From positions 4,172,161 to 4,236,160 of the forward strand of contig CM119263.1 in the NCBI GenBank assembly GCA_051294375.1: a stretch of DNA of 64,000 nt. Direction: 5' to 3'. The first letter of the stretch is position 1, and each line of letters opens with the position of its first letter. The notes beneath the pieces were generated by a model. The model was not told where the DNA came from. It made no database searches and worked only from the letters and a program-made list of their open reading frames with translations. Of this stretch, positions 1-14,383 are shown piece after piece. The translations under genes and the position numbers were made by a program. This DNA is from Paraspadella gotoi. Lineage: Eukaryota > Animalia > Chaetognatha.

Positions 1-1784
1 GACTTACGATTCGTGAAAAGAAAGTAAATTAAATTCTAAAAGAAAAATGAATTGAGTTAAGGTGATGGAGTAAGTTGAAGGGGTGAGAATGTAAGATTAG
101 TAAGTGATGGACCTGCGATGTGTGAGTGAGGAGAGGTGAATAGTGAATGCGATATATGTTGAGAAAAGGCAGATGATGTATTAAGTGATGTAGTAGGTGA
201 TGTAGTAAGCTAAGACCCGATGATGGGATTCTAGGCGAATCATGTGGCGACAAAAGAAAAAAGGAAGAAAAGAAAAGAGAAAAAAAATCAGTAGATTTTA
301 TGCAGACGGATTTTTCTCTCCTTTCTTTTAATTTTTCTTTTCTTTCTTTTTCATCTTTTTTCTGTCAGGTTTATGGTAAAAAAAGNNNNNNNNNNTCTCT
401 CTCTTGCTCGCGCATTCTCTCTTTCGCCCACTCTCTCTCTATCTCTCCGAGGGACTATCGCCAGAGGTTAGCCAATATTCTTTTCTTCGACCTTCCATTC
501 TTTCTCCTCCAAATATCTTTCTCGTCTCTCCTTCAGCGCTCAACTTTTTTTCTTTCACATTTTTAGTTTCCTTTTTTTTTCTTTTTCCATCATAACAACA
601 TCTTCCTCCTCCATCATTTTTCTTCCTCCTCCATCATTTTTTTCCCTCCTCCTTCATTTTTCTCTCTCCAATTTCCATTTACTCCATTTTTCTTTTTTCT
701 TTTCTCATTTGAATATCGAATATCTTCTCGTCTTTCTCCATCATTTTATCGACCTCGTTATTTCTACATCAAACCCTCTCCATCTATTTTGATCTTTTAC
801 CATCTTTCTACATACATCTGGCGAAAATCTGACTCGACGGGATTTTATGAAGAACTGAAAACAAGTTTGATGTTGCTGTTGAATATCTGACTGTAAACGT
901 TCTGGTNNNNNNNNNNNNNNNNNNNNNNNNNNNNNNNNNNNNNNNNNNNNNNNNNNNNNNNNNNNNNNNNNNNNNNNNNNNNNNNNNNNNNNNNNNNNNN
1001 NNNNNNNNNNNNNNNNNNNNNNNNNNNNNNNNNNNNNNNNNNNNNNNNNNNNNNNNNNNNNNNNNNNNNNNNNNNNNNNNNNNNNNNNNNNNNNNNNNNN
1101 NNNNNNNNNNNNNNNNNNNNNNNNNNNNNNNNNNNNNNNNNNNNNNNNNNNNNNNNNNNNNNNNNNNNNNNNNNNNNNNNNNNNNNNNNNNNNNNNNNNN
1201 NNNNNNNNNNNNNNNNNNNNNNNNNNNNNNNNNNNNNNNNNNNNNNNNNNNNNNNNNNNNNNNNNNNNNNNNNNNNNNNNNNNNNNNNNNNNNNNNNNNN
1301 NNNNNNNNNNNNNNNNNNNNNNNNNNNNNNNNNNNNNNNNNNNNNNNNNNNNNNNNNNNNNNNNNNNNNNNNNNNNNNNNNNNNNNNNNNNNNNNNNNNN
1401 NNNNNNNNNNNNNNNNNNNNNNNNNNNNNNNNNNNNNNNNNNNNNNNNNNNNNNNNNNNNNNNNNNNNNNNNNNNNNNNNNCGTCATCGTCGTCGTTGTC
1501 ATCGTTTTCGTCATCATCGTTACTGTCTTTGTCATCATCTTCGTCGTCGTCGAAAATTATCGTCTCGTCATCGCGTCGTCGTTACTCATTCTGTCGTCAC
1601 CACCATCGATTTTGACGTATCTCTTTTCTCGTCGTCGCCTATTCATCGCCTGTCATTATCTTCGTTATCATCTATGCGCATCATCGTCTACGTCGCCTGT
1701 CGTCGTCGTCACCCTGAGCCGCTCATTTGCAAAGTCCGTCAATAACGAACCACCCTGCCTGCCACTGGGACCATCTCTCTCTCC

Positions 1785-1829
<45 letters not shown>

Positions 1830-2150
1830 TCTCTCTCTTCTCTCTCTTCTCTCTCTCTCTCTCCTCTTCCCTCTCTCTATAAAATATGACATAGTTGGAC
1901 AAAAATTTTTAAATGAATTTAAAAAAATAATAATAATAATAAGTAATGATAAAAAATAAAAGTTGTGGAATAAAAACAAAGCATATAGTATATATAACTT
2001 TCTCATGTAACATCTCATTGATATTGACCAAAACCCGTTCCTTCTCTCTTACCATAACCGCACCATAAAATGTCGTCTCCTCACAATGGGTCACATGACA
2101 GGTCCCCGACAACGATGTTTACGTCCTGAGGTGAATCCAAACACTCGTTC

Positions 2151-2252
<102 letters not shown>

Positions 2253-3487
2253 ACGCGTACCGGAACCATTAGCCCATTGCGAGCAGAAGGACGTCCGTTC
2301 AATGCGTTTGGATTCTGAATTATCGCTGAGCAAAACAAAGTAGCAAAATAAGTGAGGAAGGGATTTTTCTGGTTGCGACCCACACAATGTGGTCCATTGT
2401 AGTCAATTGTGTTCCATTGTGGTCAATTGTGAATAATAGTGGTCTCATATGAATTAAAGTTGGATATTATCTTTAATCTATTTCGTTTTCCCAAAAATCC
2501 AACAATTTTTTTATTGTTTTTGAAATCAATCGGACGTGTAGCAGTTTTGATATTTCATTACAATAATATATATATATATATATATATCTGTCTCTCTCTC
2601 TCTATCTGTCTTTCTCTATCTCTCTCTCTCTCAAATTTCGTGAATCTCTTCTTTTTATCGTCTGCTTCATTGTTTATTCTGACGTCGATAAAAATCCTCG
2701 CGAAACAAAACCATAAAAACGGAGCGATTTCGGTTTCTCTCTCTCTCTCTCTGCGTCATCGAGAGAGAGAGAGAATATGAGAGAGACGAGAGGAGAGAGA
2801 GAGAGAGCAGAGAGAGAGAGAAGAGAGAGAGAGAGGAGAAGAGAGAGAGAAGGAGAGAGGAGGGAGAAGACAGCCTTCGTGAAAATTGTAATTCCAATAA
2901 ATCCCAGGTTCGAAGTAAGGGTGAATTTGAGGCAAAATTGTTTTTCTTAAATAGGTAATAGACAATTTTGGTTTACCGTAGTAGTTAACTGAATAAAATA
3001 GGGCAATTTTTAATTGAGGAAAGGAGCTTTTAAAACTAAGATATAACTGACAAAACTCTATGATGCTAATTTGCTAAGATTTGAAAAGGGGAAATATTTT
3101 CTTCAATAATTTAAAACGAATAATATTAAAGTTAATTTAAAATTAAAAAATTACAAAATAGGATATTTTTCGGTATTATTTTTAAACAGACAATCTTTAT
3201 CAGATATAAAACTGTTAATTTGCTCAATGAACATTGAAATTCAATTGTTGTTTAGCCAAATATTTTTGAGATATTTTCAATGAAAGACAAAATAATTTTG
3301 TAAAATAAAATTAATAGCTAAAAATAATTTATTCCAGATTTAACCAAGTTTGGTGACAGGGGTTTGAGTCCGTTATATAGAGTTGGTTTTAATTAGATAA
3401 ACATTTGTTTCAGAATTTTCAAGATGTCATTTTTTATTTTGAGTTAAAATCTTTGTTAATGAGTGAAAAATAGAAGGAAAACTTTTT

Positions 3488-4205
3488 TGGTATTTTTAGA
3501 GAAAAAAAATTTAACAAAACAATGCTTTTTTATTATGATTAAACATACATGTTGTTGATTTGAGTTTGCCAAGAGTCTGTTTATAGGTGCTAATTTATTT
3601 TTGATAGTACATTATTTTTTTGTTCATAGATAAACAGTGAAAGGGGATGGAGAGAAAAGAGAAGAGAGAGAGAGAGAGAGAGAGAGAAATAAATGTTTCC
3701 AACAAAGAATTAAAAAATGACAGTGGTCAGCTTTAGAAATAGGGGTAAGTTTGAGCAGAGAGAAAGAAGGTGGTGAGAAGAAGGATTGAAATTCTGCAGA
3801 GAGAAAGAAAGATGAAGTATAGTATATAAGATGGTATAAGATGTATAATGTATTGATCTAATTGTTGACCTCATGCATCTCTCTCTCTCTCTCTCTTGCC
3901 AAATTTGTAATTTCTTTTCCTTCACCACCTTCTCTCTCTCTGCTCACTCACCCTCATCCTCAAAAACTGACCACTGTCCTTTTTTTTATTTCTTGTGTAG
4001 AAACATTTTATTTTTCCTCTGTCTCTCTCTCTTTCCCTCCATCCTTCTCACTGTTTACTTTGTGAAACAAGAAAATTTGTATTCATCAATTAAAATTAGC
4101 ACTGAGATGAACGATTTGCAAATTAAGTCGAAAACATGTATGTTTAATCATAAAGAAAGTCGGTTGTTGTTAAAGAGAATTCTTTTTTTCTCTCCAATCT
4201 TAAAA
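3488..4205. repeat. Long imperfect palindrome (foldback), ~330-bp arms, ~60-bp spacer
   Basis: Arms ~3488-3815 and ~3877-4205 are reverse complements (e.g. ATGATTAAACATACATG/CATGTATGTTTAATCAT, GACAGTGGTCAG/CTGACCACTGTC, GAAGGTGGTGA/TCACCACCTTC). The structure is repeated at ~7870-8595. Confidence 0.85.
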
Positions 4206-4464
4206 AACACAACGAAATAAAAAGACACAAATATTTGAAATTATAATCCATAGGATATTTACTTTCTATATTGAGCTCGAATTTTTTAATATAATCAGCG
4301 TTGGGAGGTATGGAGTAATCTAATTCATATTGCTGCAAATAATTCTAGTAAGCTTTGCCATTTTTAATAAGATAGCAAATATTTATGGGCGACTTGAGTC
4401 TTGGGTACATTGTTAGCATCATCTTTGATCAGGTTTTAATCGTTGTCAATCATAATCAGGATAC

Positions 4465-4705
4465 TGTGGCGGTATAGTCACACCGCTCGTCGTCGTCCAC
4501 GCATCATTCAGCGCCAAATCCATTGGCTCAGTAGGGGGAACAGCACCATCCCAGGCGTAGTGTTTCCATCCACAGTCCTAACCGACTTCCCTCTGACGTT
4601 GGCAAAGCGAGACCGTCCTAGGGTAACCGCGCCTCAGTGACAGGAGGCGTCACTGAGGGTCCGGAAGCCCCAAGCCCAACAGTGAGATTGCCCGCATCTC
4701 AATGG
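4465..4705 (-). mobile_element. Dispersed GC-rich ~240-bp repeat (SINE-like or RTE 5'UTR-like), copy 1
   Basis: Homologous to 8858-9095 (-) and 60219-60452 (+). The core GGGGCTTCC(G)GACCCTCAGTGACGC...GCGCGGTTA(C/G)CC resembles my recollection of RTE-clade 5' UTR motifs. Confidence 0.55.
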
Positions 4706-5759
4706 GCATCACAGGCAACCCGGCTGTTGCGCATAGTACATACTGAATTACGTATACATTGCAAATCCTCTTAAATGTATGCATCCTCATTGTTATTACT
4801 AATTTCTTTACTATCTGTTAATTAATGAATTAATTAATTAATATCAATGAATTAATCTTCTTTAATATTTTTATTGGTTCTGGTTTCTGGTAGTAGCCAA
4901 GTAGATTACAGACTTTAATGCGCATGCTACTAGATTTAATCATTGATTTATAACCAGTCTGGGAAAAGTTATTTTGGAGCTAAAATATTTAGTAATCAAA
5001 CAAATTGGAAAGAATATAGGTTCGATTGAACAGAAATTAAAACAATAAAGAAAATAATATGTGTTTTATTTATCTTTAAAAAGAATAAATTAATCGCAGC
5101 AAGAATATTTTTGATTCAGAGAATTGGCCTATTATTTTATTAAGAAAAATCATTTCTTTACCTAGGCAATTTCAGAAACACTGTTGCTCAGTTAATTGCA
5201 CGCGTAAACATAGTTACCCTAAGTTCTGCACCCCGTTAGTTCGAAGCGCGGCTTCCTTGACGGATTCCCTCGTCTCTCGTCAAGAGGCTTTGCGCGCAAA
5301 TTTGATCTCTGATATCATAACATTTGTCACTCTTTATCTTTTATCAATATTTTGGTAATAATCTATTTAGATATTTAAATATCTAATAAAGAAAATAAAG
5401 TTTCTCGTTTCGGTTAATCTTCTCTAATTGATTTGTCTCGGGATTGGCGTTTTGTATTTTATTAAGTAGATTCCTCGACTCGATTTTTAAATTTTGTCAG
5501 AACGTTTTACTCATTTTTTTACCCTATTTTTTTCTGACACGCGTAAACGTTTCTCTGATTACGCGAAGTAGATTGTGGTGAATCAAAAAACTAGTAATAT
5601 CAAATAGTTAGTGTAATGTCTCGAATAGACGGAAAAAAAATCCTCGTTTAAAAATTCATTCGGGAAGTGAGGTAACGAAGCCTTACCAGTGGCATTGTCA
5701 ACCGCGCCGCCGCCGCGCACCGTCAAACATCTTGATAAATAGATTATTTTTATTTAATA

Positions 5760-6660
5760 TGTTTGAGAAGGGAAAATACAGAGAATTTCAAGAATGCGGG
5801 GTTCGCGCCTTGTATGCAGCAACTCAACGTAAAAAGTGTTATTTAAAAGCAGTGTTTGGGACGACATTCCACATGTCTTGGGCTTGGGGGCAGCAAGAGG
5901 CGAATATAATAATTTTAACCCTTTTTTAATGCTAGGTAAAAGATGACGCTTCAAGATTGAGTAGATTTCTAATTTTTTCTTTTCTTTCACTAGAAATTTT
6001 TATTTAAGAAGAAATAAAAAGAAAGCTAAAATAGAATTATCTTTTGTGCGTATTTCAAAAAAAATTATCAATACAGAATTTCAACACGAATGAGTGTCTT
6101 GGCTTTGTCTCAAATTATGGTCCCAGGTATGTAATCTTTTAAAAAATTTTGTAGTTAATGATAAACAAGGGCAGTGTGTTAAAGTCTTTTTGGTTTGGGC
6201 AGTTGAAGATAATGAAAAAAGTGACGATTTTATTTCGTCCACAGACAAGAAGGTAGACGTGCACGACTGTGTTATATTAAGCTGAAAACAATTTTTGTAT
6301 TGTATGGTCATTTTTTAATATTCAAGAAAGAAATATTTATCAGCCTTAGCTAGCATAAAGTTTTTGCTTGTTTTTTAACATGTTCAACTGAGAAGTGCAT
6401 AGCAATTTATGGCAGTCGAGAGAAATTTAATCGCGTAATCGCAAATGTTAATTTGTAGTCTTTCCATTTTTCAGAACTTAAGAAAGACAAAAAGACAAAT
6501 TTCGATATAGCTGATCAATGAAGATGTTTTTAGATAGGCAAAAAACTGTTATAGGGAGCTTTTAACTCGGATGTTAAATAAGGGCTGTTAAGTATTGTAG
6601 TCGAAGAAATTTATAGAAAACTTTATTTAGAAGGTGCTCCCCATGATTAGGCTTAAATTT
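5760..6660 (+). mobile_element. Possible highly decayed hAT-type transposase remnant
   Basis: Broken plus-strand fragments KIQRISRMRGSRL and VEEIYRKLYLE loosely resemble hAT/ZMYM1-type motifs, with many stops. The segment is duplicated at ~10130-10890. Confidence 0.25.
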
Positions 6661-7225
6661 AATACTATACGCCAGACGCCGACATTCCTATCTCTTTTCT
6701 TTCAAAGTTATACAAGAAAATAGACTTCTTTTTCGCGTTTGAGAACAAAAGATTGAACTACGCGTCACAATGCGTTTGTTAACAATAAAAATTTTGGCAA
6801 GTCAGGAGATAATTCGTCAATATTGATCCTATTGGTACACATAACACCTAAAATTTCAAAACTAAAACCTAAAGAAAAATTTTCTGCCCCTAGAGACTTA
6901 TGACTATCAGGTGTATCCCAATTGTCTTAACCTCATTTATCGGATTATTGTTGGAACGAAATCACGTGAAAGGTTCTCTTTTTTTTAAAAATCGTTTGTC
7001 AACTAGCGCGTCAGAAAATCTAAGAAAGAAACTCGAAAAATTTTTATTCTGACAAGATTTTGCCTTTCAGGCTGACGTTTCGATGACTATAATCTAGATC
7101 ATTGTAGGAATTTAAACGGTTTTTTTGCAAGTTGAATATTGATATATCCTCCAGGGACCGGGATGAAAAAATATATAAAAAATATATATGATGTGAAGAG
7201 NNNNNNNNNNNNNNNNNNNNNNNNN

Positions 7226-7261
<36 letters not shown>

Positions 7262-8040
7262 CCTCGTGAAAATTTAATTCCAATAATCCAGGTTCGAAGT
7301 AAGGGGTGAACTTAGGCAAAATGTTTTTTCTGTTAAATTATTGGTAATAGATCAATTTTTTTGGTTTACCTAGTAGTTAACTGAATAAGGTAGGGCAATT
7401 TTAATTGAGGAAAGGAGCTTTAAAACTAAGATATAACTGGACAAAACTTATGATCTAATTTGCTATAGTTTGAAGGGGAATATTTTTCTTCAATAATTTA
7501 AAACAAAATATTTTAAATTAAATTTAAAATTAAAAAATGTAACAAAAGGATATTTTTCCGAGTAATTAATTTTTAAACAAAATCTTGTATCAGATATAAA
7601 AACCTGTTATTTGCTCAAACATTGAAATTCAATTGGTTTAGCCAAAGTATTTTTAGAATAATTTTCAATGAAGACAAAATAATTTTGTTAAAATAAAAAT
7701 TAATAGCTAAAAATATTTATTCAGATTTAACAAGTTTGGTGACAGGGTGTTTGAGTCCGTTATATAGTTGTTTTAATTAGATAAACATTTTTCAGAATTT
7801 TCGAAAGATGTCATTTTTTATTTTTGAGTTTAAAATCTTTGTTAATGATGAAAAATAGAAGGAAAACTTTTTTGGTTTTTTAGAGAAAAAAAATGTTAAC
7901 AACAATGGTTTTTTTATTTATGATTAAACATACATGTTTTGATTTATTTGCAGCTCTTTATCAGTTGCTAATTTAGTTTTGATAGTACATATATTTTTTG
8001 TTCATTAAGTAACCCAGTGAAAGGGGATGGAGAGGAAGAG

Positions 8041-8073
<33 letters not shown>

Positions 8074-11000
8074 AATAAATGTTCAACAAAGAATTTAAAA
8101 AAATGACAGTGGTCAGCTTTGAGGAGTGGGTAAGTTTGAGCAGAGAGAAAGAAGGTGGTGAAGGAAAGAGAATTGAAATTGGCCAGAGAGAAAGAAAGAT
8201 GACATAATGTTATAAGAGTGTATAAGGATGTATTATGTATGTGATTAAAGTTGTTGACCTCGGCATCTCTCTCTCTCTCTCTCTGCCAAATTTTAATTTC
8301 TTTTCCTTCACCACCTTCTCTCTCTCTGCTCCAAACATCACCCTATCCTCAAAAACTGACCACTGTCCTTGTTTTTTATTCTTTGTTAGAAACATTTTAT
8401 TTTTCTCTGTCTCTCTCTCTTTCCCTCCGATCCTTCTCACTGTTTACTATGTGAAACAAAAAATTATGTATATTCAAAATTAAATAAGCCACTGTATGAA
8501 GATTTTGCAAATTAAGTCGAAAACATGTATGTTTAATCATAATAAAAGTCGTGTTGTTAAAGATGAATTCTTTTTTTCTCTCCAATCTTAAAAACACAAC
8601 GAATAAAAAGCACTAATATTGAAATTACTTCCATAGGATATTTACTTTCTATATTGAGCTCGGAATTTTTTAATATTAATCGCTTGGGAGGTTATGAGTA
8701 ATTCCATATCTATTCGTGCAAATTAATTCTAGTAAGCTTTTGCCATTTTTAATAAGATTACAAAATATTTATGGGCGACTTGGAGTCTTGGGTACTATTG
8801 TTACATCATCTTTTGATCTGAGGTTTTAATCTTGTCCAATCATGAGTCAGGAGTACTGCTGGCGGTATTATTCACACCGCTCTCGTTTCCACCATCTATT
8901 CAGGCCAAATCCATTGGCTCAGAGGGGAACACAACCATCCCAGGCTAGTGTTTCCATCCACGTCCTAACGACGATCTTCCCTCTGCCGTTGGCAAAAGCT
9001 GAGACCGTCCGTAGGGTAAGCCGCGCCGAAGTGACAGGAGGCGTCCATGAGGGGTCGGAAGCCCCAAAGCCAACTAGGAGAGATGCCCCCATCCCGTAAT
9101 AGGCATCACAGGCAACCGGCTGTTTGCCATATTACAACTGAATTACGTTACATGCAAATCCTTTAATGTATGCTCCTCATTGTTATTACTAAATTTTCTG
9201 TTACATATCTGTTAATTAATGAATTTAATTAATTAATATCAATGAATTAATCTTCTAATTAACTAATTTTTATTTGGTTCTGGTTCTAAGTGTTAGTGAG
9301 CCAGTAGATTACAGACTTTAATGCCATGCTACTATTATAATCATTATTTCATTACCTATCTGGGGAAAAGTATTTTGCGGCTTAAAATATTTAGTAATTA
9401 ACCAAATTAAGAATTATAGTTGATTAACCGAAATTAAAACAATAAAAGAAAATATATTGTTTTATTTATTGCTTTTAAAAAGAATAAATTAAGCAAGAAT
9501 ATTTTTGCATTTTCAGAAATTGGCCGTATTATTTTATTAAGAAAATCAATTTCTTTACCTAGGCCAATTTCGAGAACGACACTGTATGCTGTCAGTGGTA
9601 AAGTTTCCACAAGGGGTAAAAAAATAATAAGTACCCTATAGTTTCACCCCTTAGTTCGAAGCGCGGCTTCCTTGACGATTCCTCGTCTCTCGTCAAGAGG
9701 CTTCGCAAATTTGATCTCTGATATCATAAACATTTGTCACTCTTTATCTTTTATCAATATTTTGGTAATAATCTATTAATATTTAATATCTAATAAAGAA
9801 ATAAAGTTCTCGTTTCGGTTAATCTTCTCTAATTGATTTGTCTCGGGATTGCGTTTGTATTTTATTAAGTAGATTCCTCCATCGATTTTTAATTTTGTCA
9901 GAACGTTTTACTCATTTTTTACCCTATTTTTTTGACACGCTAAACGTTTCTCTGATTACGCGAAGTAGATTGTGTGAATCAAAAAACTAGTAATATCAAT
10001 AGTTAGTGTAATGTCTCGAATAGACGGAAAAAAATCCTCGTTTAAAAATTCATTCGGGAAGTGAGGTAACGAAGCCTTACCAGTGGCATTGTCACCGTCA
10101 AACATCTTGAAAATAATTATTTTTATTTAATATGTTTGAAAGGGAAAATACAAAAATTCAGAATGCGGGTTCCGCCTTGTATGCACATCAAGTAAAAATG
10201 TTTTTAAAAGTTTTGGGCACTTCCATGTCTTGGGGCTTGGGGGCAAAAGGGCGAATTATAAAATTTTACCTTTTAATCAGTAAACAATGACGTTCAAGAT
10301 GAGTAGATTTTAATTTTTTCTTTCTTCACTGAAATTTTTATTTAAGAAGAAATAAAAAGAAAGCTAAAAAATAAATTATCTTTTTTTCTATTTAAAAAAA
10401 ATTATCAATACACTTTAACACAATGATGTCTTGCTTTGTCAAATATGTCCCCAGCTATGTAATTTTTTAAAATTTATTATGATAAACAAGCAGTGTGTCA
10501 AGCTTTTTGTTTGCAGTTGAAGATAATGAAAAATGACGATTTTTTCTCCACAGACAAGAAGGTAGACGTCCAGACTGTTTATATAAGCTGAAAACATTTT
10601 TGTATTTATCATTTTTATATTCAAAAAAAACTTTTATCAAGCTAGTACATAAATTTTGGCTTGTTTTTTACTTTAACTGAAAAATGCAAGCAATTTTATG
10701 CAGTAAGAAATTTAATGGTTAATCTAAAATGTAATTTAGTCAAATTAAGAAAGAAAAACAACAAATTTCATATAGCTTCAATGAATTTTTAATGCAAAAA
10801 ACTGTTATACTTTAACTCCGATTTAAATAAAGGCTGTGTAAAGATTATGGATAAAATTTAATAAAATTATTTGAAAGTTGTCCCATGTTAGGGCTTAAAT
10901 TTAATACTCGCCCACGTTCCTATCTCTTTTCTTTCAAAAGTTATTCAAGAAAATAACTTTTTTTACCGTTAGAGAACAAAAGATTTGAACTACGCAGTAC

Positions 11001-12692
11001 AAATCTTTGTTAAATAAAAATTTGGCCAGAGCAGGAGTATCTCAATTTATCCTATTGGTACAATACCTAAATTTCAAAATAAAACCTAAAGAAAAATTTT
11101 CTGCCCTCTAGAGACTTATGACTATCAGGTGTACCAATTGTTCTTACTCATTTATGGATTATGTTGGAAGAAATCAGTGAAACGGTTCCTTTTTTTTTAA
11201 ATAGTTTGTACTAGCGCGTCAGAAATCTAAGAAGAAACTCGAAAATTTTAATTCTGACAAATTTTGCCTTTCAAGCTGACGGTTTATGACTATATCTCAG
11301 AAATCATTGTAGGAATTTAAAAAACGGTTTTTTGGCAAGTGAATATTGATATCATCCTCCAGGGACCGGCATAAAATATATAAAAAAATATATATGATAT
11401 TAGCTCTCGGGTGAGGTATCTATATTAAGTATTAAAATTTTTAATTTTTAAATTTGTAATCTTTCAAACCGCATGGAATTTTTAAAGCTCATTTTTAAAA
11501 GTAATAATTTCATTTTTTTAAATAGAATATTCAAACGGTTCCAGAGTAACTGACTGTTCCCTTTCTCTTTCGTATTTCCGTCATATAAATATGAAAATGT
11601 ATGCAAAACTGGAAAAAATATGCAAATAGTTTCAAAGGCACATCGCGTGGGACGTACTTCACTTTCCTAATCGACAAACTTCTTTTTTCACTTTTTTACG
11701 TGAAGTCTGACATTTTATTAGTTTTAACTAAACTAAAAATGTTTTTAAATGGTGTTTAAATCTTGTATTCTTTTAATCATCATGAATATTTTAAACGGTC
11801 TGCTACTTAAAAATCCAAGTCACAATTAAATATGGTATTTATTAATTTTTGTTTAAATAAGGCCAAAAAGAGGAAATTATGCTTATTTATTGATAGAACG
11901 GAAAATTTTTTTTACATTGGTAGTACCAAATATAAAATCAAACGTTGTATATATTATATTAATAATATAACAACGTTGACGATAAAATATTTTTTGAGGA
12001 GGGAAAAGGATCGGAACCTGATTAGCTTCTGTTTAATGAGGCTTCACATTTTTTAAGGCTTCATCTATTTTAACCGAGGGCATTAAAACTTTCTCTTCAA
12101 TTAACATAAAATGAACATGAATGTTATTAACTTGCTGGAAATCTATATGTCAGTATATGCAGCATGAATGAAACCAGTATATCAAATGAGTATATGCGAT
12201 ATATAATATATATATAAAAAATCATGAATAGTGATTATTAGTAGTAATTATATAACGACTTAAGTATATGCAGCTTACAAACATTTTCTAAAGATTTTAT
12301 TTTATTTTATATTATTAATAATATATAATAATATATAATAATATAATAATATTATGTTCGTTTTTAGCGTAATTTACGTCTTCTCCCTGGTGAAAGATAG
12401 AATAGGGCCCATCTCTCAGCGAGGTCCTTACTTTAGAGTTTTCAAAGTGGATAAAATGGAAGTTATGTTAAAATCGGTATAAACAATCAACAATAGAAAA
12501 ATGCGAATTTAATAAACAAAGAGAAGAGACTAGTGATGACGATGATGATGTTTAATTGTTTATGATGTTGACAGAGATGGTGTTGATGTTGTTGATAATG
12601 ATGATGATGTTGACGATGATGATGTGGAAAATGACGGTGCAAGAAAAGAGGGTCAAATCGTGGGAGGTTAAGCGGAGGCACGAAACGGGAAT

Positions 12693-12804
<112 letters not shown>

Positions 12805-14039
12805 CTATGTCAACGCCAACGCCATTTTCAGTCCTAAGAGACAGTTTCGCACGACACAAGGAATCCCTCGCTATTATAAGAGATGGTTAATTCTAGACAA
12901 AAGCTAAAAATAGTTTGTTAATAAGTTCGGTGAGGAAGAGAAAATGAGAAAGAGTAGAAGAGTAGAAGGAAAAAAATTAGTAATAAGAGTAGTAGTAAGA
13001 GAAAAGAAAAGTAAAGAAAAGAAAAGAAAGGANNNNNNNNNNNNNNNNNNNNNNNNNNNNNNNNNNNNNNNNNNNNNNNNNNNNNNNNNNNNNNNNNNNN
13101 NNNNNNNNNNNNNNNNNNNNNNNNNNNNNNNNNNNNNNNNNNNNNNNNNNNNNNNNNNNNNNNNNNNNNNNNNNNNNNNNNNNNNNNNNNNNNNNNNNNN
13201 NNNNNNNNNNNNNNNNNNNNNNNNNNNNNNNNNNNNNNNNNNNNNNNNNNNNNNNNNNNNNNNNNNNNNNNNNNNNNNNNNNNNNNNNNNNNNNNNNNNN
13301 NNNNNNNNNNNNNNGAAAGAGTAGAAGGAAGAAAAAAAGAATATAAAAGAATAATAAAAAAGTAAGTGTATGAATACTGGGAGAAAAGGCTTATAGAAAG
13401 AAATTCAATGAAATTTAATACTGGGAGAAAAGGCACATAGAAAGAAATTCAATGAAAACCTGTTATCACTTAAAATGATTGTACAACGTGTCACATTGTC
13501 ACGGTACTGACAATCTCACGGTACAGCTATCGCATGTCACGTCCGTCACAATCTCGACAGGCCTGTCACCTCCGTGACAATCTCGACAGACTGACGTCCT
13601 AGTATTCGTTGGCGCCGACTTCGACATGAATCAATTGAAAAAAAAAGAAAGAGAAGGTCGATGTTGTTGTTGTTGTTGTTGTTTATCTTTCGTCTCGCCT
13701 CAACTCGTCTCAGCGCGAAAAGACGCGACGAAGGACGGAAGGAGGCGCCGTTAACGAAGGCGGCGGCGGCGGCGNNNNNNNNNNNNNNNNNNNNNNNNNN
13801 NNNNNNNNNNNNNNNNNNNNNNNNNNNNNNNNNNNNNNNNNNNNNNNNNNNNNNNNNNNNNNNNNNNNNNNNNNNNNNNNNNNNNNNNNNNNNNNNNNNN
13901 NNNNNNNNNNNNNNNNNNNNNNNNNNNNNNNNGTTGGAGAATAGGGGGAGGGAGAGAGAGAAGAGGGAGAGAGGGAGAAGAAGAAAGGGAGGAAGGGAGA
14001 AGTAAGGGAGGAAAAGAAAGGGAAGCTGGGGAAGGAGAC

Positions 14040-14340
14040 CGGAGGAGAAAGGTAGAGAAAGGGAAGAGAAGAGAGGAGTAGAAAGGGAGGGAAAGGGAAG
14101 AGAAGAGAGGAGGAGAAAGGGAGGGAAAGGGAAGAGAAGAGAGTAGTAGAAAGGGAGGGAAAGGGAAGAGAAGAGAGGAGAAGAAAGGGAGGGAAAGAGA
14201 AGAGAAGAAAGGAGTAGAAAGGTAGAGAAAGGGAAGGGAAGAGAGGAGGAGAAAGGGAGGGAAAGAGAAGAGAAGAGAGGAGGAGAAATGTAGAGAAAGG
14301 GAAGAGAAGAGAGGAGTAGAAAGGGAGGGAATGGGAAGAG
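14040..14340. repeat. Purine-rich ~33-bp degenerate minisatellite
   Basis: Recurring GAAAGGGAGGGAAAGGGAAGAGAAGAGAGGAG(T/G)A units. Confidence 0.8.
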
Positions 14341-14383
14341 CGAATTGAGGTAAAAAGTAAGAAAAGATCCAAAAATCTATTTG

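Larger units (their letters stand above)
2873..11398. repeat. Tandem duplication of a ~4.3-kb block (2873-7193 and 7261-11398)
   Basis: The copies are colinear from CGTGAAAATT..CCAGGTTCGAAGTAAGGG to CCTCCAGGGACCGG. They are separated by an N gap plus (GA)n and differ mostly by scattered 1-bp indels. Confidence 0.9.
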
